A DNA stretch of 32,000 nucleotides from Nonlabens ponticola (GCF_003966335.1 NZ_CP034549.1:420001-452000); one strand, 5' to 3'. Positions 1 to 7,141 are shown, counted from the first letter of the stretch. Notes: a model not told the origin generated them from the letters alone. A program made the numbers and translations.

Positions 1-964
1 TTTGTTCAATCAATGAATTAGAATATTCCTTGATTTTGTCACGCGCATCAGGATCCTCGGGATCAAAGCGTCGTTCAAAACTTTGCACCGTCAACCTCAT
101 GGGCGTCAAAGGATTCTTGATCTCGTGGGCAACCTGTTTTGCCATCTCACGCCATGCCTGCTCACGCTCGCTAGTCGCTAGTTTTACAGCGCTTTCCTCG
201 AGCTCATCCACCATCGCATTGTAGGATATCACAAGCGTGTTTATTTCCTCAGTTCCTGCGACGTCCACACTTATTTTTTGATTGCGTTTGGCAATGTTGA
301 GTTCCTTAATCTTGTCGCTGATATATCGTATGGATCTAGTCACATATCTGGACAAAATAAAGGCAATGAGTATGGTAAAAAACAGCATCACCGCGTACAC
401 CATACCTATGCGATATAGAAACTCACGCAACTCATAGTTTATAAAATCATCGTTCTCTAGATACGGCAAATTGATGATCGCTATATTCTTGAATTGATCA
501 TCCTTGAGATAGGTGTAACTAGACCTATAACTCTCGCCGTTTTCCTGAAATTCTACCACGTATCGACCGCTATCTGCATCACGCAAACGCGTCAAGGTTT
601 CTTGACTCAGCTGCTTTTCTAGATCGTCCTTGACCAGTTTTTTACTAGATGTCTTGAGCAACCTGCCTTTCAAATCATACATGTTTACCGGCAAGCCGTG
701 GATGTCACTTATGTCATCAATCTCTGTCTTAAAAATGAGTGGCAGCTTCTCTGTAGTAACCTCAAAGTCGGTTTTTTTGAGTTCATAATTAAAACTCTCA
801 AGAATCGCTTCTTCCTTGCGTTCCAGGCGCTTGTTATGGTAGTCCTTGCCTTGCTCGCTATACTGATAAATGGACACGCCTGCAATCAAGATACTCGAGA
901 TAAGAGTAAGCAAGATCATCGAGAAAAAGATCCTGTTGCGCAGGCTGTTCTTGTATAATTTCAT
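1..964 (-). CDS. sensor histidine kinase, N-terminal ~321 codons (3' end runs off the window)
   Basis: Missing from the ORF track because it has no in-window stop. The reverse complement from the ATG (complement of 962-964) reads without stops: MKLYKNSLRNRIFFSMILLTLISSILIAG (TM1) ... GMVYAVMLFFTILIAFILSRYVTRSIRYISDKIKEL (TM2 plus HAMP-like linker) ... EMAKQVAHEIKNPLTPMRL (HisKA H-box). The + ORFs 30..224 and 698..958 are antisense shadows. Confidence 0.8.
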   Translation of the reverse strand, partial: MKLYKNSLRNRIFFSMILLTLISSILIAGVSIYQYSEQGKDYHNKRLERKEEAILESFNYELKKTDFEVTTEKLPLIFKTEIDDISDIHGLPVNMYDLKGRLLKTSSKKLVKDDLEKQLSQETLTRLRDADSGRYVVEFQENGESYRSSYTYLKDDQFKNIAIINLPYLENDDFINYELREFLYRIGMVYAVMLFFTILIAFILSRYVTRSIRYISDKIKELNIAKRNQKISVDVAGTEEINTLVISYNAMVDELEESAVKLATSEREQAWREMAKQVAHEIKNPLTPMRLTVQSFERRFDPEDPDARDKIKEYSNSLIEQ

Positions 965-1039
965 CTGGATAAAAGTAGCAATTATTGCGCCAGTACTCAC
1001 GCGATGATGGATATGAAAATTTAAGATGGGTTTAATTTT

Positions 1040-1057
1040 GCTTTCGCGAAAGCGTAA
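1040..1057. repeat. palindromic element copy A (GCTTTCGCGAAAGC + GTAA)
   Basis: Perfect 14-bp palindrome at 1040-1053. The right arm extends to GCGTAA and the left arm is degenerate. Intergenic, 26 bp upstream of the aldo/keto reductase ATG. Confidence 0.95.
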
Positions 1058-1082
1058 CTACCTTTATTCTCAAACGCATATT

Positions 1083-2180
1083 ATGAGCATTGAGAAGTAT
1101 TACACGCTGGGAAAAACAGGCCTTAAAGTCAGTAGGCTGGCGTTGGGAACGATGACCTTTGGTAAAGAATGGGGTTGGGGAAATGAGAAAGAGGCGGCGC
1201 AGCAAATATTTGATTACTACCTAGATCACGGCGGCAATTTTGTGGACACTGCAGATATGTATACCGGCGGTACCAGCGAAGAATTTATTGGTGATTTCAT
1301 GCAATCGCGCAACAATCGCGAGGATATTGTACTTGCTAGTAAATTTACCTTCAATACCTCATCGAGCAATGCCATAAATAGTGGTGGTAATTCCCGCAAA
1401 AACATACGTCGGACGCTAGAAGAATCGCTCAAGCGACTGAAGACAGATTATATCGACCTATATATATTACATTGTTGGGACAAATTGACGCCTGTTGAAG
1501 AAGTGATGCGCACACTCAACGACCTAGTTAGCGAGGGCAAGATCCTGCACGTAGGTTTGTCGAACGTTCCTGCCTGGTATGCATCACGAGCGCAAATGCT
1601 TGCTGAAGCTAATGGCTATGAACCCATAAGCGCACTGCAACTAGAGTATTCGCTTATACAACGCACTATCGAGCATGAATATATCGATCTAGGACAATAC
1701 ACCAATGCTGGTATCATGGCGTGGTCGCCGCTAGGTGGTGGCTTGTTGTCTGGCAAATACAAGCCTGGCATTGACGATCAAGAAGATGTTGAAGGTCGCC
1801 TGAAACACATTACTGATAATGGCGGTGAGGTAAGCTCCAAAGACAACAAGCGCAACTGGAATATTGTGAAAACGCTACAGGAAGTAAGCGAGGAAATCAA
1901 TCAACCCATGGCAAGCGTGGCCTTGAACTGGACGGCTAACCAGCCCAATGTTGCCAGTGTACTCGTGGGCGCGACCAAAATGAAACAAATTGAGGAAAAC
2001 ATGAAAGCCCTGAATTTTGAAATACCAGCAGACCTGATGCAAAAACTCAACGAGGCCAGCGCACCACAAGCTGCCAATCCATATACCTTTTTCCAACCAA
2101 AAATGCAGGAACGCATCTATCCAGATAATAAAGTGGGTCATAAACCGCCACATTACTGGAAAAGTGTAGATATTGGCTAA
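1083..2180 (+). CDS. aldo/keto reductase family oxidoreductase
   Basis: MSIEKYYTLGKTGLKVSRLALGTMTFG..., DTADMYTGGTSEEFIG, YIDLYILHCWD and GKILHVGLSNVPAW are typical AKR blocks. I start at ATG 1083. The track start at 1026 only adds a translation of the palindrome (LSRKRN). Confidence 0.9.
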   Translation: MSIEKYYTLGKTGLKVSRLALGTMTFGKEWGWGNEKEAAQQIFDYYLDHGGNFVDTADMYTGGTSEEFIGDFMQSRNNREDIVLASKFTFNTSSSNAINSGGNSRKNIRRTLEESLKRLKTDYIDLYILHCWDKLTPVEEVMRTLNDLVSEGKILHVGLSNVPAWYASRAQMLAEANGYEPISALQLEYSLIQRTIEHEYIDLGQYTNAGIMAWSPLGGGLLSGKYKPGIDDQEDVEGRLKHITDNGGEVSSKDNKRNWNIVKTLQEVSEEINQPMASVALNWTANQPNVASVLVGATKMKQIEENMKALNFEIPADLMQKLNEASAPQAANPYTFFQPKMQERIYPDNKVGHKPPHYWKSVDIG

Positions 2181-2194
2181 ATAAATTACAAAAA

Positions 2195-2222
2195 ATACCT
2201 GCTACATAATGGCAGCAGGTAT
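2195..2222. terminator. bidirectional intrinsic terminator
   Basis: 9-bp stem ATACCTGCT (2195-2203) / AGCAGGTAT (2214-2222). A-run on the left and T-rich run on the right. Lies between convergent transcription units. Confidence 0.7.
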
Positions 2223-2228
2223 TTTCTT

Positions 2229-2327
2229 TTAATTTTTGCGATTACGATACCTTAAATAAATTACTGCAGCGACTACAAGCGATGAAATACTTATCGCCAC
2301 TACTAGTAACCAAAAAACCACGTACAT
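2229..2327 (-). CDS. candidate 32-aa single-pass membrane peptide
   Basis: My translation is MYVVFWLLVVAISISSLVVAAVIYLRYRNRKN*, a hydrophobic helix followed by a basic tail. It starts 10 nt after the desaturase stop and ends just before the terminator at 2195-2222. Too short for the ORF track. Confidence 0.3.
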   Translation of the reverse strand: MYVVFWLLVVAISISSLVVAAVIYLRYRNRKN

Positions 2328-2336
2328 AATCTCAAC

Positions 2337-3341
2337 TTATTTACCTACCAACGCTGGCTGTACCCACTTAAAAATATAGCTTTCATCTGGTATCACCATG
2401 CGCTGTGCGACACGCTCCATGCGTGCTGGTAACTTCATGAGGTAGTCACGAGCCTTTTCTGCCTCATCGCTTAGATCATTTAGACTAGGGATATCCCAAA
2501 CTTTGATGAGCTCTTTCAATATATCTATATAATCTTGAGCAGTGTAAACACCTATGCGCTGTGCGCTATTAGAGAAATCTTCAAAAGCTGCACCAATGGT
2601 TTGCCCTGACTCTCTCAAAAAGTGTGCTGGCATGACAATCTTGTGCACCATCATCTCCTTAAATGCAATCATCATATTGCTAGGATCTACCTTAAAGATT
2701 TCATCTACAAAAGCACTATAAGCCTTATGGTGGCGCATCTCATCACCGCTTATGATACGACACATTTTTGATAGTGCTGTATTGCCGTAAGTTCGAGCCA
2801 TTTTGGCCACCCGATTATGAGAAATATAGGTTGCTAGTTCCTGGAAGCTGGTATAAACAAAGTTCTTATAAGGATCACGATCGGTTCCTATATCAAAGCC
2901 ATCTGCGATTAAATGCTGTGTGGTCACCTCAACCTCGCGCATATTTACACGACCTGATAGATATAGATATTTGTTGAGGACATCGCCGTGACGATTTTCC
3001 TCACTAGTCCACTGGCGAACCCATTTTGACCAGACATTGCCTTTACCTTCTACTTGATTGACGCCTTCTACATCCATGAGCCATGACTCATAGGTAGGTA
3101 GCGCCTCTTCAGTAATGGTGTCGCCTACTAGGGCAACCCATAGATCATAAGGCAATTCTTTTGCTAGCTCACGTATTTCCTTGAGCTTGTCAAAAAAACC
3201 ATCAACTGTAGAATCTGGTAAGAAGTCTGACGGCTGCCAGATTTTCTCGATAGGAATCAAGAACTGATCCATGAAGGACTCTACCTTGGATTCAAGGCTT
3301 TGCATCACTTCAATGCGTATATTCTTTAGGGGTTTTATCAT
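2337..3341 (-). CDS. soluble acyl-ACP desaturase (di-iron, FA_desaturase_2 type)
   Basis: The two di-iron motifs EENRHG and DEMRHH lie about 90 residues apart, with WVRQWTSEENRHGDVLNKYLYLSGR. I start at ATG 3341 (MIKPLKNIRIEV...). The longer track ORF reads through palindrome copy B. Confidence 0.85.
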   Translation of the reverse strand: MIKPLKNIRIEVMQSLESKVESFMDQFLIPIEKIWQPSDFLPDSTVDGFFDKLKEIRELAKELPYDLWVALVGDTITEEALPTYESWLMDVEGVNQVEGKGNVWSKWVRQWTSEENRHGDVLNKYLYLSGRVNMREVEVTTQHLIADGFDIGTDRDPYKNFVYTSFQELATYISHNRVAKMARTYGNTALSKMCRIISGDEMRHHKAYSAFVDEIFKVDPSNMMIAFKEMMVHKIVMPAHFLRESGQTIGAAFEDFSNSAQRIGVYTAQDYIDILKELIKVWDIPSLNDLSDEAEKARDYLMKLPARMERVAQRMVIPDESYIFKWVQPALVGK

Positions 3342-3382
3342 TTGTTTAATTGTTGTTAGTAAAGGTATGGTATTTAGGCGAG

Positions 3383-3402
3383 TACGCTTTCGCGAAAGCG
3401 TA
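3383..3402. repeat. palindromic element copy B (TACGCTTTCGCGAAAGCGTA)
   Basis: 20-bp perfect palindrome, intercistronic between the plsC stop (3428) and the desaturase start (3341). Confidence 0.95.
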
Positions 3403-3427
3403 ATACTAAAGAACCGCATGGCATATT

Positions 3428-4171
3428 TTAACTTGCCGTACTGGTGACACTACTATGTACCACGTTTTGTGCCGCTTCTATAACCTCGAGCTCATCTTTT
3501 CCCGCGATGGGCATGGGCTCATGAACAGTAAGGCTAATGTGGTTGCCCATTCCAAAAGGAAACTTGCCATAACGATCCACTTTCCAGCTGTTGTTTACAG
3601 TCACCGGAACGACCACGGCGTTTGGTACATACTTGAAAATAGTCTGTAAACCACGACGTTGAAATGGTTTAGGGACGCCTGTACGGCTGCGCGTGCCCTC
3701 GGCAAAAATCACGATGCTGCGCGTTTTTTCGTGCGCATTCTTAGCAAAAGTCGTCAATGCATTCACCGCTTGTACCTTGTCCTTGCGGTCTATGGCACAG
3801 TTCTCACCTATACGCAGGTTGAGTGAGATGCTGGGAATATTTTTGGCGAGTTCGATCTTGCTCACAAACTTGGGGTAGTGCTTTCGTAAATACCAAATAA
3901 GCGGTGGTATGTCAAACATACTTTGGTGATTGCTGACAAATATGTAGGATTTACCGACTGGTAATTCTTCCGTGTACTTGATGCTAAAGGTGTTTCCCAA
4001 TGGTAACATACTGCCCATCAAGCACAAATTAAGCACTGCGACACTTTTTTGATGCAGGTCATGACCGCCTATCCAGTTGCACAATAACTGTATGGGATGA
4101 AATATCAACAGTGCCAGAAAAAACAGGATCAAATGAATCACCGACAATGGGTAGGAAAGAATTTTTGCCAT
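3428..4171 (-). CDS. plsC: 1-acyl-sn-glycerol-3-phosphate acyltransferase (LPLAT/PlsC family)
   Basis: HX4D motif NHQSMFD and the FAEGTRSRTG block, with an N-terminal membrane helix. Confidence 0.85.
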   Translation of the reverse strand: MAKILSYPLSVIHLILFFLALLIFHPIQLLCNWIGGHDLHQKSVAVLNLCLMGSMLPLGNTFSIKYTEELPVGKSYIFVSNHQSMFDIPPLIWYLRKHYPKFVSKIELAKNIPSISLNLRIGENCAIDRKDKVQAVNALTTFAKNAHEKTRSIVIFAEGTRSRTGVPKPFQRRGLQTIFKYVPNAVVVPVTVNNSWKVDRYGKFPFGMGNHISLTVHEPMPIAGKDELEVIEAAQNVVHSSVTSTAS

Positions 4172-4175
4172 GTTG

Positions 4176-4183
4176 CAAAGGTA
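4176..4183 (-). promoter_or_regulatory. Bacteroidota -7 box TACCTTTG, 4 nt before the plsC ATG
   Basis: The minus strand reads TACCTTTG-CAAC-ATG and matches TAnnTTTG. Confidence 0.45.
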
Positions 4184-4225
4184 ATTTCTTATCGCACGAG
4201 ACCCTTATTTATGGATCGCAATCGA

Positions 4226-4237
4226 TATGCATGCATA
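4226..4237. promoter_or_regulatory. 12-bp perfect palindrome TATGCATGCATA (candidate operator)
   Basis: Read directly. Lies 55-66 nt upstream of the plsC start and 5 nt from the microsatellite. Confidence 0.25.
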
Positions 4238-4242
4238 GTAAA

Positions 4243-4323
4243 TTGGTGAGTTGGTGAGTTGGTGAGTTGGTGAGTTGGTGAGTTGGTGAGTTGGTGAGTT
4301 GGTGAGTTGGTGAGTTGGTGAGT
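4243..4323. repeat. 8-bp microsatellite (TTGGTGAG) x10
   Basis: Ten perfect head-to-tail units at 4243-4322 plus one extra base. Intergenic, 72 nt upstream of the plsC ATG. Confidence 0.97.
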
Positions 4324-4503
4324 AATTTCTATCTTACGATACAAAAGCCAAACTACTATATCATTTTTTAAGTACCTAATTGCCTGCTACAGCGTACATC
4401 TTACTTTATAGTCTCGATGATGACTGCGCATTGTGTTTTCAAAGAAGATTTAAATGAAAACAGAGGCCTAATTAACTCTGCACCAAATGCGTGCAAATAA
4501 AAA

Positions 4504-4525
4504 AGCATCCTATTTCTAGGATGCT
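4504..4525. terminator. bidirectional intrinsic terminator
   Basis: Stem AGCATCCT (4504-4511) / AGGATGCT (4518-4525). A-run on the left and T-run on the right. Lies 26 nt downstream of the bacilliredoxin-like gene. Confidence 0.75.
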
Positions 4526-4550
4526 TTTGTTGATTTGAGAGTGACTGTGA

Positions 4551-4961
4551 TTAGCAGTTCTCGTTATAGGCTTCTTTGAGGTTTTCAGCAATCATCTCTG
4601 CTGGGCGACCTTCTATGTGGTGACGCTCAAGCATGTGAACCAATTCACCATTTTTAAATAATGCCATACTAGGCGAGCTAGGTGGAAACGGCACCATGGC
4701 CGCACGTGCTGTGTCAACTGCTTCACGATCTACACCGGCAAAAACAGTTACCAGGTGATCTGGCTTCTTACTGTTGTCTAAGGACATTTTTGCGCCTGGA
4801 CGAGCATTTGCTGCTGCACAACCACAAACCGAATTTACTACTACTAGTGTAGTACCTTCTTTGTTAATGGCATTCTTAACTTCATCTTGAGTATATAAAT
4901 GTTCAAAACCTGCTTGACCTAAATCATCGCGCATGGGTTGAACTAATTCTGCTGGATACAT
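4551..4961 (-). CDS. BrxA/BrxB (YphP/YqiW, DUF1094) bacilliredoxin-like thiol oxidoreductase
   Basis: MYPAELVQPMRDDL..., VVVNSVCGCAAANARPG (CGC redox motif), and a family-typical length of about 136 aa. Confidence 0.75.
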   Translation of the reverse strand: MYPAELVQPMRDDLGQAGFEHLYTQDEVKNAINKEGTTLVVVNSVCGCAAANARPGAKMSLDNSKKPDHLVTVFAGVDREAVDTARAAMVPFPPSSPSMALFKNGELVHMLERHHIEGRPAEMIAENLKEAYNENC

Positions 4962-5050
4962 AATTTTAATTTTGTGTAAAGTTATAAGTAATTACTTGTT
5001 TCTACAGTAATTACAATCATTAGTATTTATCGCTGGGTTGCGGTTGACAA

Positions 5051-5554
5051 TTAATCCTCGAGCAACTCGTCTAGCTCTTTCTTATAAAGAGTTTCGGCTA
5101 GATCTTCTGGTGTGCGCTCGTAGAGGTTCTCGATCTCTGGATCTGCTCCATGTTCTATGAGTAACTTGACGAGGTCAAAATTACCTTTTGAATTCATGAG
5201 TGCCACCCATAAAGGTCCATTATCATGCTCGTCCATCAAGTTAGGATCTGCATGATTGTTGAGCAGTAATAGAGCGGCACCGGTGCGCATCTCTAGACTG
5301 CAGTGGTGCAACGCACAGTAACCTATTTTATCCTGATGGTTAACATCTGCTCCTTGCTCGATAAGGCTGGCGACTAGTTCATCCTTACCAAAGAACGATG
5401 CATGCATCAATGCTGTACGACCATCGCTATCCTTTGCATCCACGCCATGATCCTCAAGCATGTGCGTTAATTCTTCCATGGCGTCACGTTGTACCAGACT
5501 GCGCATGCGACGCAGTGAATCATACGGTATCAATGGACGATTCTTATTTTCCAT
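5051..5554 (-). CDS. ankyrin-repeat protein
   Basis: Repeated DGRTALMHA..G..ELV..LIEQGADVN and GYCALHHC...LLLNNHADPN blocks, about 3-4 ANK repeats. Confidence 0.8.
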   Translation of the reverse strand: MENKNRPLIPYDSLRRMRSLVQRDAMEELTHMLEDHGVDAKDSDGRTALMHASFFGKDELVASLIEQGADVNHQDKIGYCALHHCSLEMRTGAALLLLNNHADPNLMDEHDNGPLWVALMNSKGNFDLVKLLIEHGADPEIENLYERTPEDLAETLYKKELDELLED

Positions 5555-5959
5555 CTACTTCTTATAGTTGTTGTTATATCGCTGGTTTACACGACTTGCA
5601 ATAGACTGCATCTCTTCCTTTTCCAGCGATACTTTATTTATAAATCTCATGTCTTCCATATCTCTCAACGGAATTAAATGCACATGCACATGCGGTACTT
5701 CCAGCCCGACGACTGACATGCCTATGCGTTTGCACGATACTTCTTCACGCAAGCATAATGCCACTTGTCGGGAGAACGCCATCAATCTTTCATAGGTTTC
5801 TTCATCCAGATCAAATAATTTGTTGACCTCTTTTTTAGGCACACACAATGTGTGACCAGGCGCATTGGGATTGATATCTAGAAAAGCATAGAAATCATCA
5901 CTTTCTGCCACCTTGTAGGATGGAATCTCACCGCTTATGATTTTTGTAAAAACACTCAT
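5555..5959 (-). CDS. HIT-family (histidine triad) nucleotide hydrolase
   Basis: HVHVHLIP histidine triad and an N-terminal FTKIISGEIPSYKV. Confidence 0.9.
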   Translation of the reverse strand: MSVFTKIISGEIPSYKVAESDDFYAFLDINPNAPGHTLCVPKKEVNKLFDLDEETYERLMAFSRQVALCLREEVSCKRIGMSVVGLEVPHVHVHLIPLRDMEDMRFINKVSLEKEEMQSIASRVNQRYNNNYKK

Positions 5960-5960
5960 G

Positions 5961-6437
5961 CTATCCTCTACTTATTTCTAGTATTTCTAGCTTGATGGTT
6001 CCTACCGGCACAGTAACCTCGGCCACGTCGCCTACTTCTTTACCTAGCAAACCTTTACCTATTGGAGAATCCACCGATATGTGACCCTTGGCAAGATCTG
6101 CTTCGCTTTGTGCTACCAGCTTGTAGTTCATCACCATATTATTGTTGTGATTCTTGATCTTGACATTACTGTGGATCAATGCCTTGCTGGTATCTAGGGA
6201 ATTTTCATCGATTACCCTAGCATTTGATACAACTGCCTCAAGTTTTGAAATGCGCATTTCCAGCATTCCTTGCGCTTCTTTGGCAGCGTCATATTCTGCA
6301 TTTTCACTCAGGTCACCTTTGTCTCTGGCCTCAGCAATCGCTTGTGATGCGGCTGGTCTATCAACGTCCTTTAATTGCTGCAATTCATCACGCAATTTCT
6401 TCAGGCCTTCTTCAGTATAATAGGATACGTTACTCAT
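5961..6437 (-). CDS. greA: transcription elongation factor GreA
   Basis: EGLKKLRDELQQLK...ARDKGDLSENAEYDAAKE coiled-coil plus C-terminal SPIGKGLLGK.VGD. Confidence 0.95.
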   Translation of the reverse strand: MSNVSYYTEEGLKKLRDELQQLKDVDRPAASQAIAEARDKGDLSENAEYDAAKEAQGMLEMRISKLEAVVSNARVIDENSLDTSKALIHSNVKIKNHNNNMVMNYKLVAQSEADLAKGHISVDSPIGKGLLGKEVGDVAEVTVPVGTIKLEILEISRG

Positions 6438-6468
6438 AATTTTTCTTGATTTGATGTTATTGTGGATG

Positions 6469-6514
6469 TTACGCTACTTCGACTCCGCTCAGTACAACTT
6501 TCGCGAAAGCGTAA
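6469..6514. repeat. split 46-bp variant of the palindromic element (copy C)
   Basis: TTACGC + 24-nt insert TACTTCGACTCCGCTCAGTACAAC + TTTCGCGAAAGCGTAA. Near-identical to 14935-14980. Lies 32 nt upstream of the greA ATG. Confidence 0.9.
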
Positions 6515-6643
6515 TAAAAAACCACATCTTAACACGCTGGTGTTTATAAAACACAAAATCCCATCATTGCTGCGGGATTAGGCTACAAATATACTAAATA
6601 TGCATAGGATCGTTATACATTTACAGGATCACTACACATTGCT

Positions 6644-7069
6644 ATGAAAAAATCCATCTTACTTGCCGTACTGCTCACGCTGTTTTCATGTGAGAATGAC
6701 GACGATTTTAATAATAATCCGTTTCTCGTGGATATATCTTTTCAAGTGATTCTCAATACTAATCTACCGCAGTACGCAGACCTGGATTTTCCTGGTAATA
6801 GTGTGGTAATTCCCAATCAAGGCTTGCGCGGCGTGGTCGTTTATTACATAGGCAATAATGATTATCGCGCTTTTGAGCTATCAGATCCCAACCACTCGCC
6901 TAACAGTTGTTCTACCATGAGAGTTAACGGCATCGAGGCAACTTGCCCATGTCCAGATGATAATTTTAAGTATAATATTATCACAGGAGAGCCCATGAAT
7001 GGCGGTGAGTTCCCTATGAAACCGTACCGTGCGACGCGTCAAGGAGATGATATTATAGTTTCAAATTAG
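6644..7069 (+). CDS. lipoprotein, unknown function (possible degenerate Rieske-like fold)
   Basis: Lipobox MKKSILLAVLLTLFSC. The segment GVVVYYIGNNDYRAFELSDPNHSPNSC...ATCPCPDDNFKYNIITGEP resembles a Rieske layout but lacks the full Cys/His ligand set. Confidence 0.6.
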   Translation: MKKSILLAVLLTLFSCENDDDFNNNPFLVDISFQVILNTNLPQYADLDFPGNSVVIPNQGLRGVVVYYIGNNDYRAFELSDPNHSPNSCSTMRVNGIEATCPCPDDNFKYNIITGEPMNGGEFPMKPYRATRQGDDIIVSN

Positions 7070-7093
7070 ACAGACAGATACATCCAAAAAAAA

Positions 7094-7119
7094 AGCCGCT
7101 GATGTTCACACCAGCGGCT
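7094..7119. terminator. bidirectional intrinsic terminator
   Basis: Stem AGCCGCTG (7094-7101) / CAGCGGCT (7112-7119). A9 run on the left and T-run on the right. Lies between convergent genes. Confidence 0.8.
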
Positions 7120-7141
7120 TTTCTATTTATCAGGATTCTTT

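Noticed and set aside
30-958. Plus-strand ORFs 30..224 and 698..958
   Set aside because: Both lie antisense to a continuous minus-strand reading frame with clear histidine-kinase motifs (HAMP linker, AHEIKNPLTPM H-box). Their own translations are low-complexity and have no motifs.
1026-1082. N-terminal extensions of track ORFs that read through the palindrome (MGLILLSRKRNYL.. at 1026, MRFFSITLSRKRTRL.. at 3419, and ..LSRKRNHT.. in 31561..31956)
   Set aside because: The recurring LSRKR peptide is just the translation of CTTTCGCGAAAGCG. Internal ATGs (1083, 3341) give N-termini typical of the protein families.
4172-4344. Minus-strand coding potential of the microsatellite (LTNSPTHQ repeats)
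   Set aside because: The repeat is stop-free on the minus strand. However, the only entry is a TTG at 4344, giving a 51-codon ORF that stops before plsC and in a different frame. plsC itself cannot be extended because of an in-frame TAA upstream. I treat it as non-coding.
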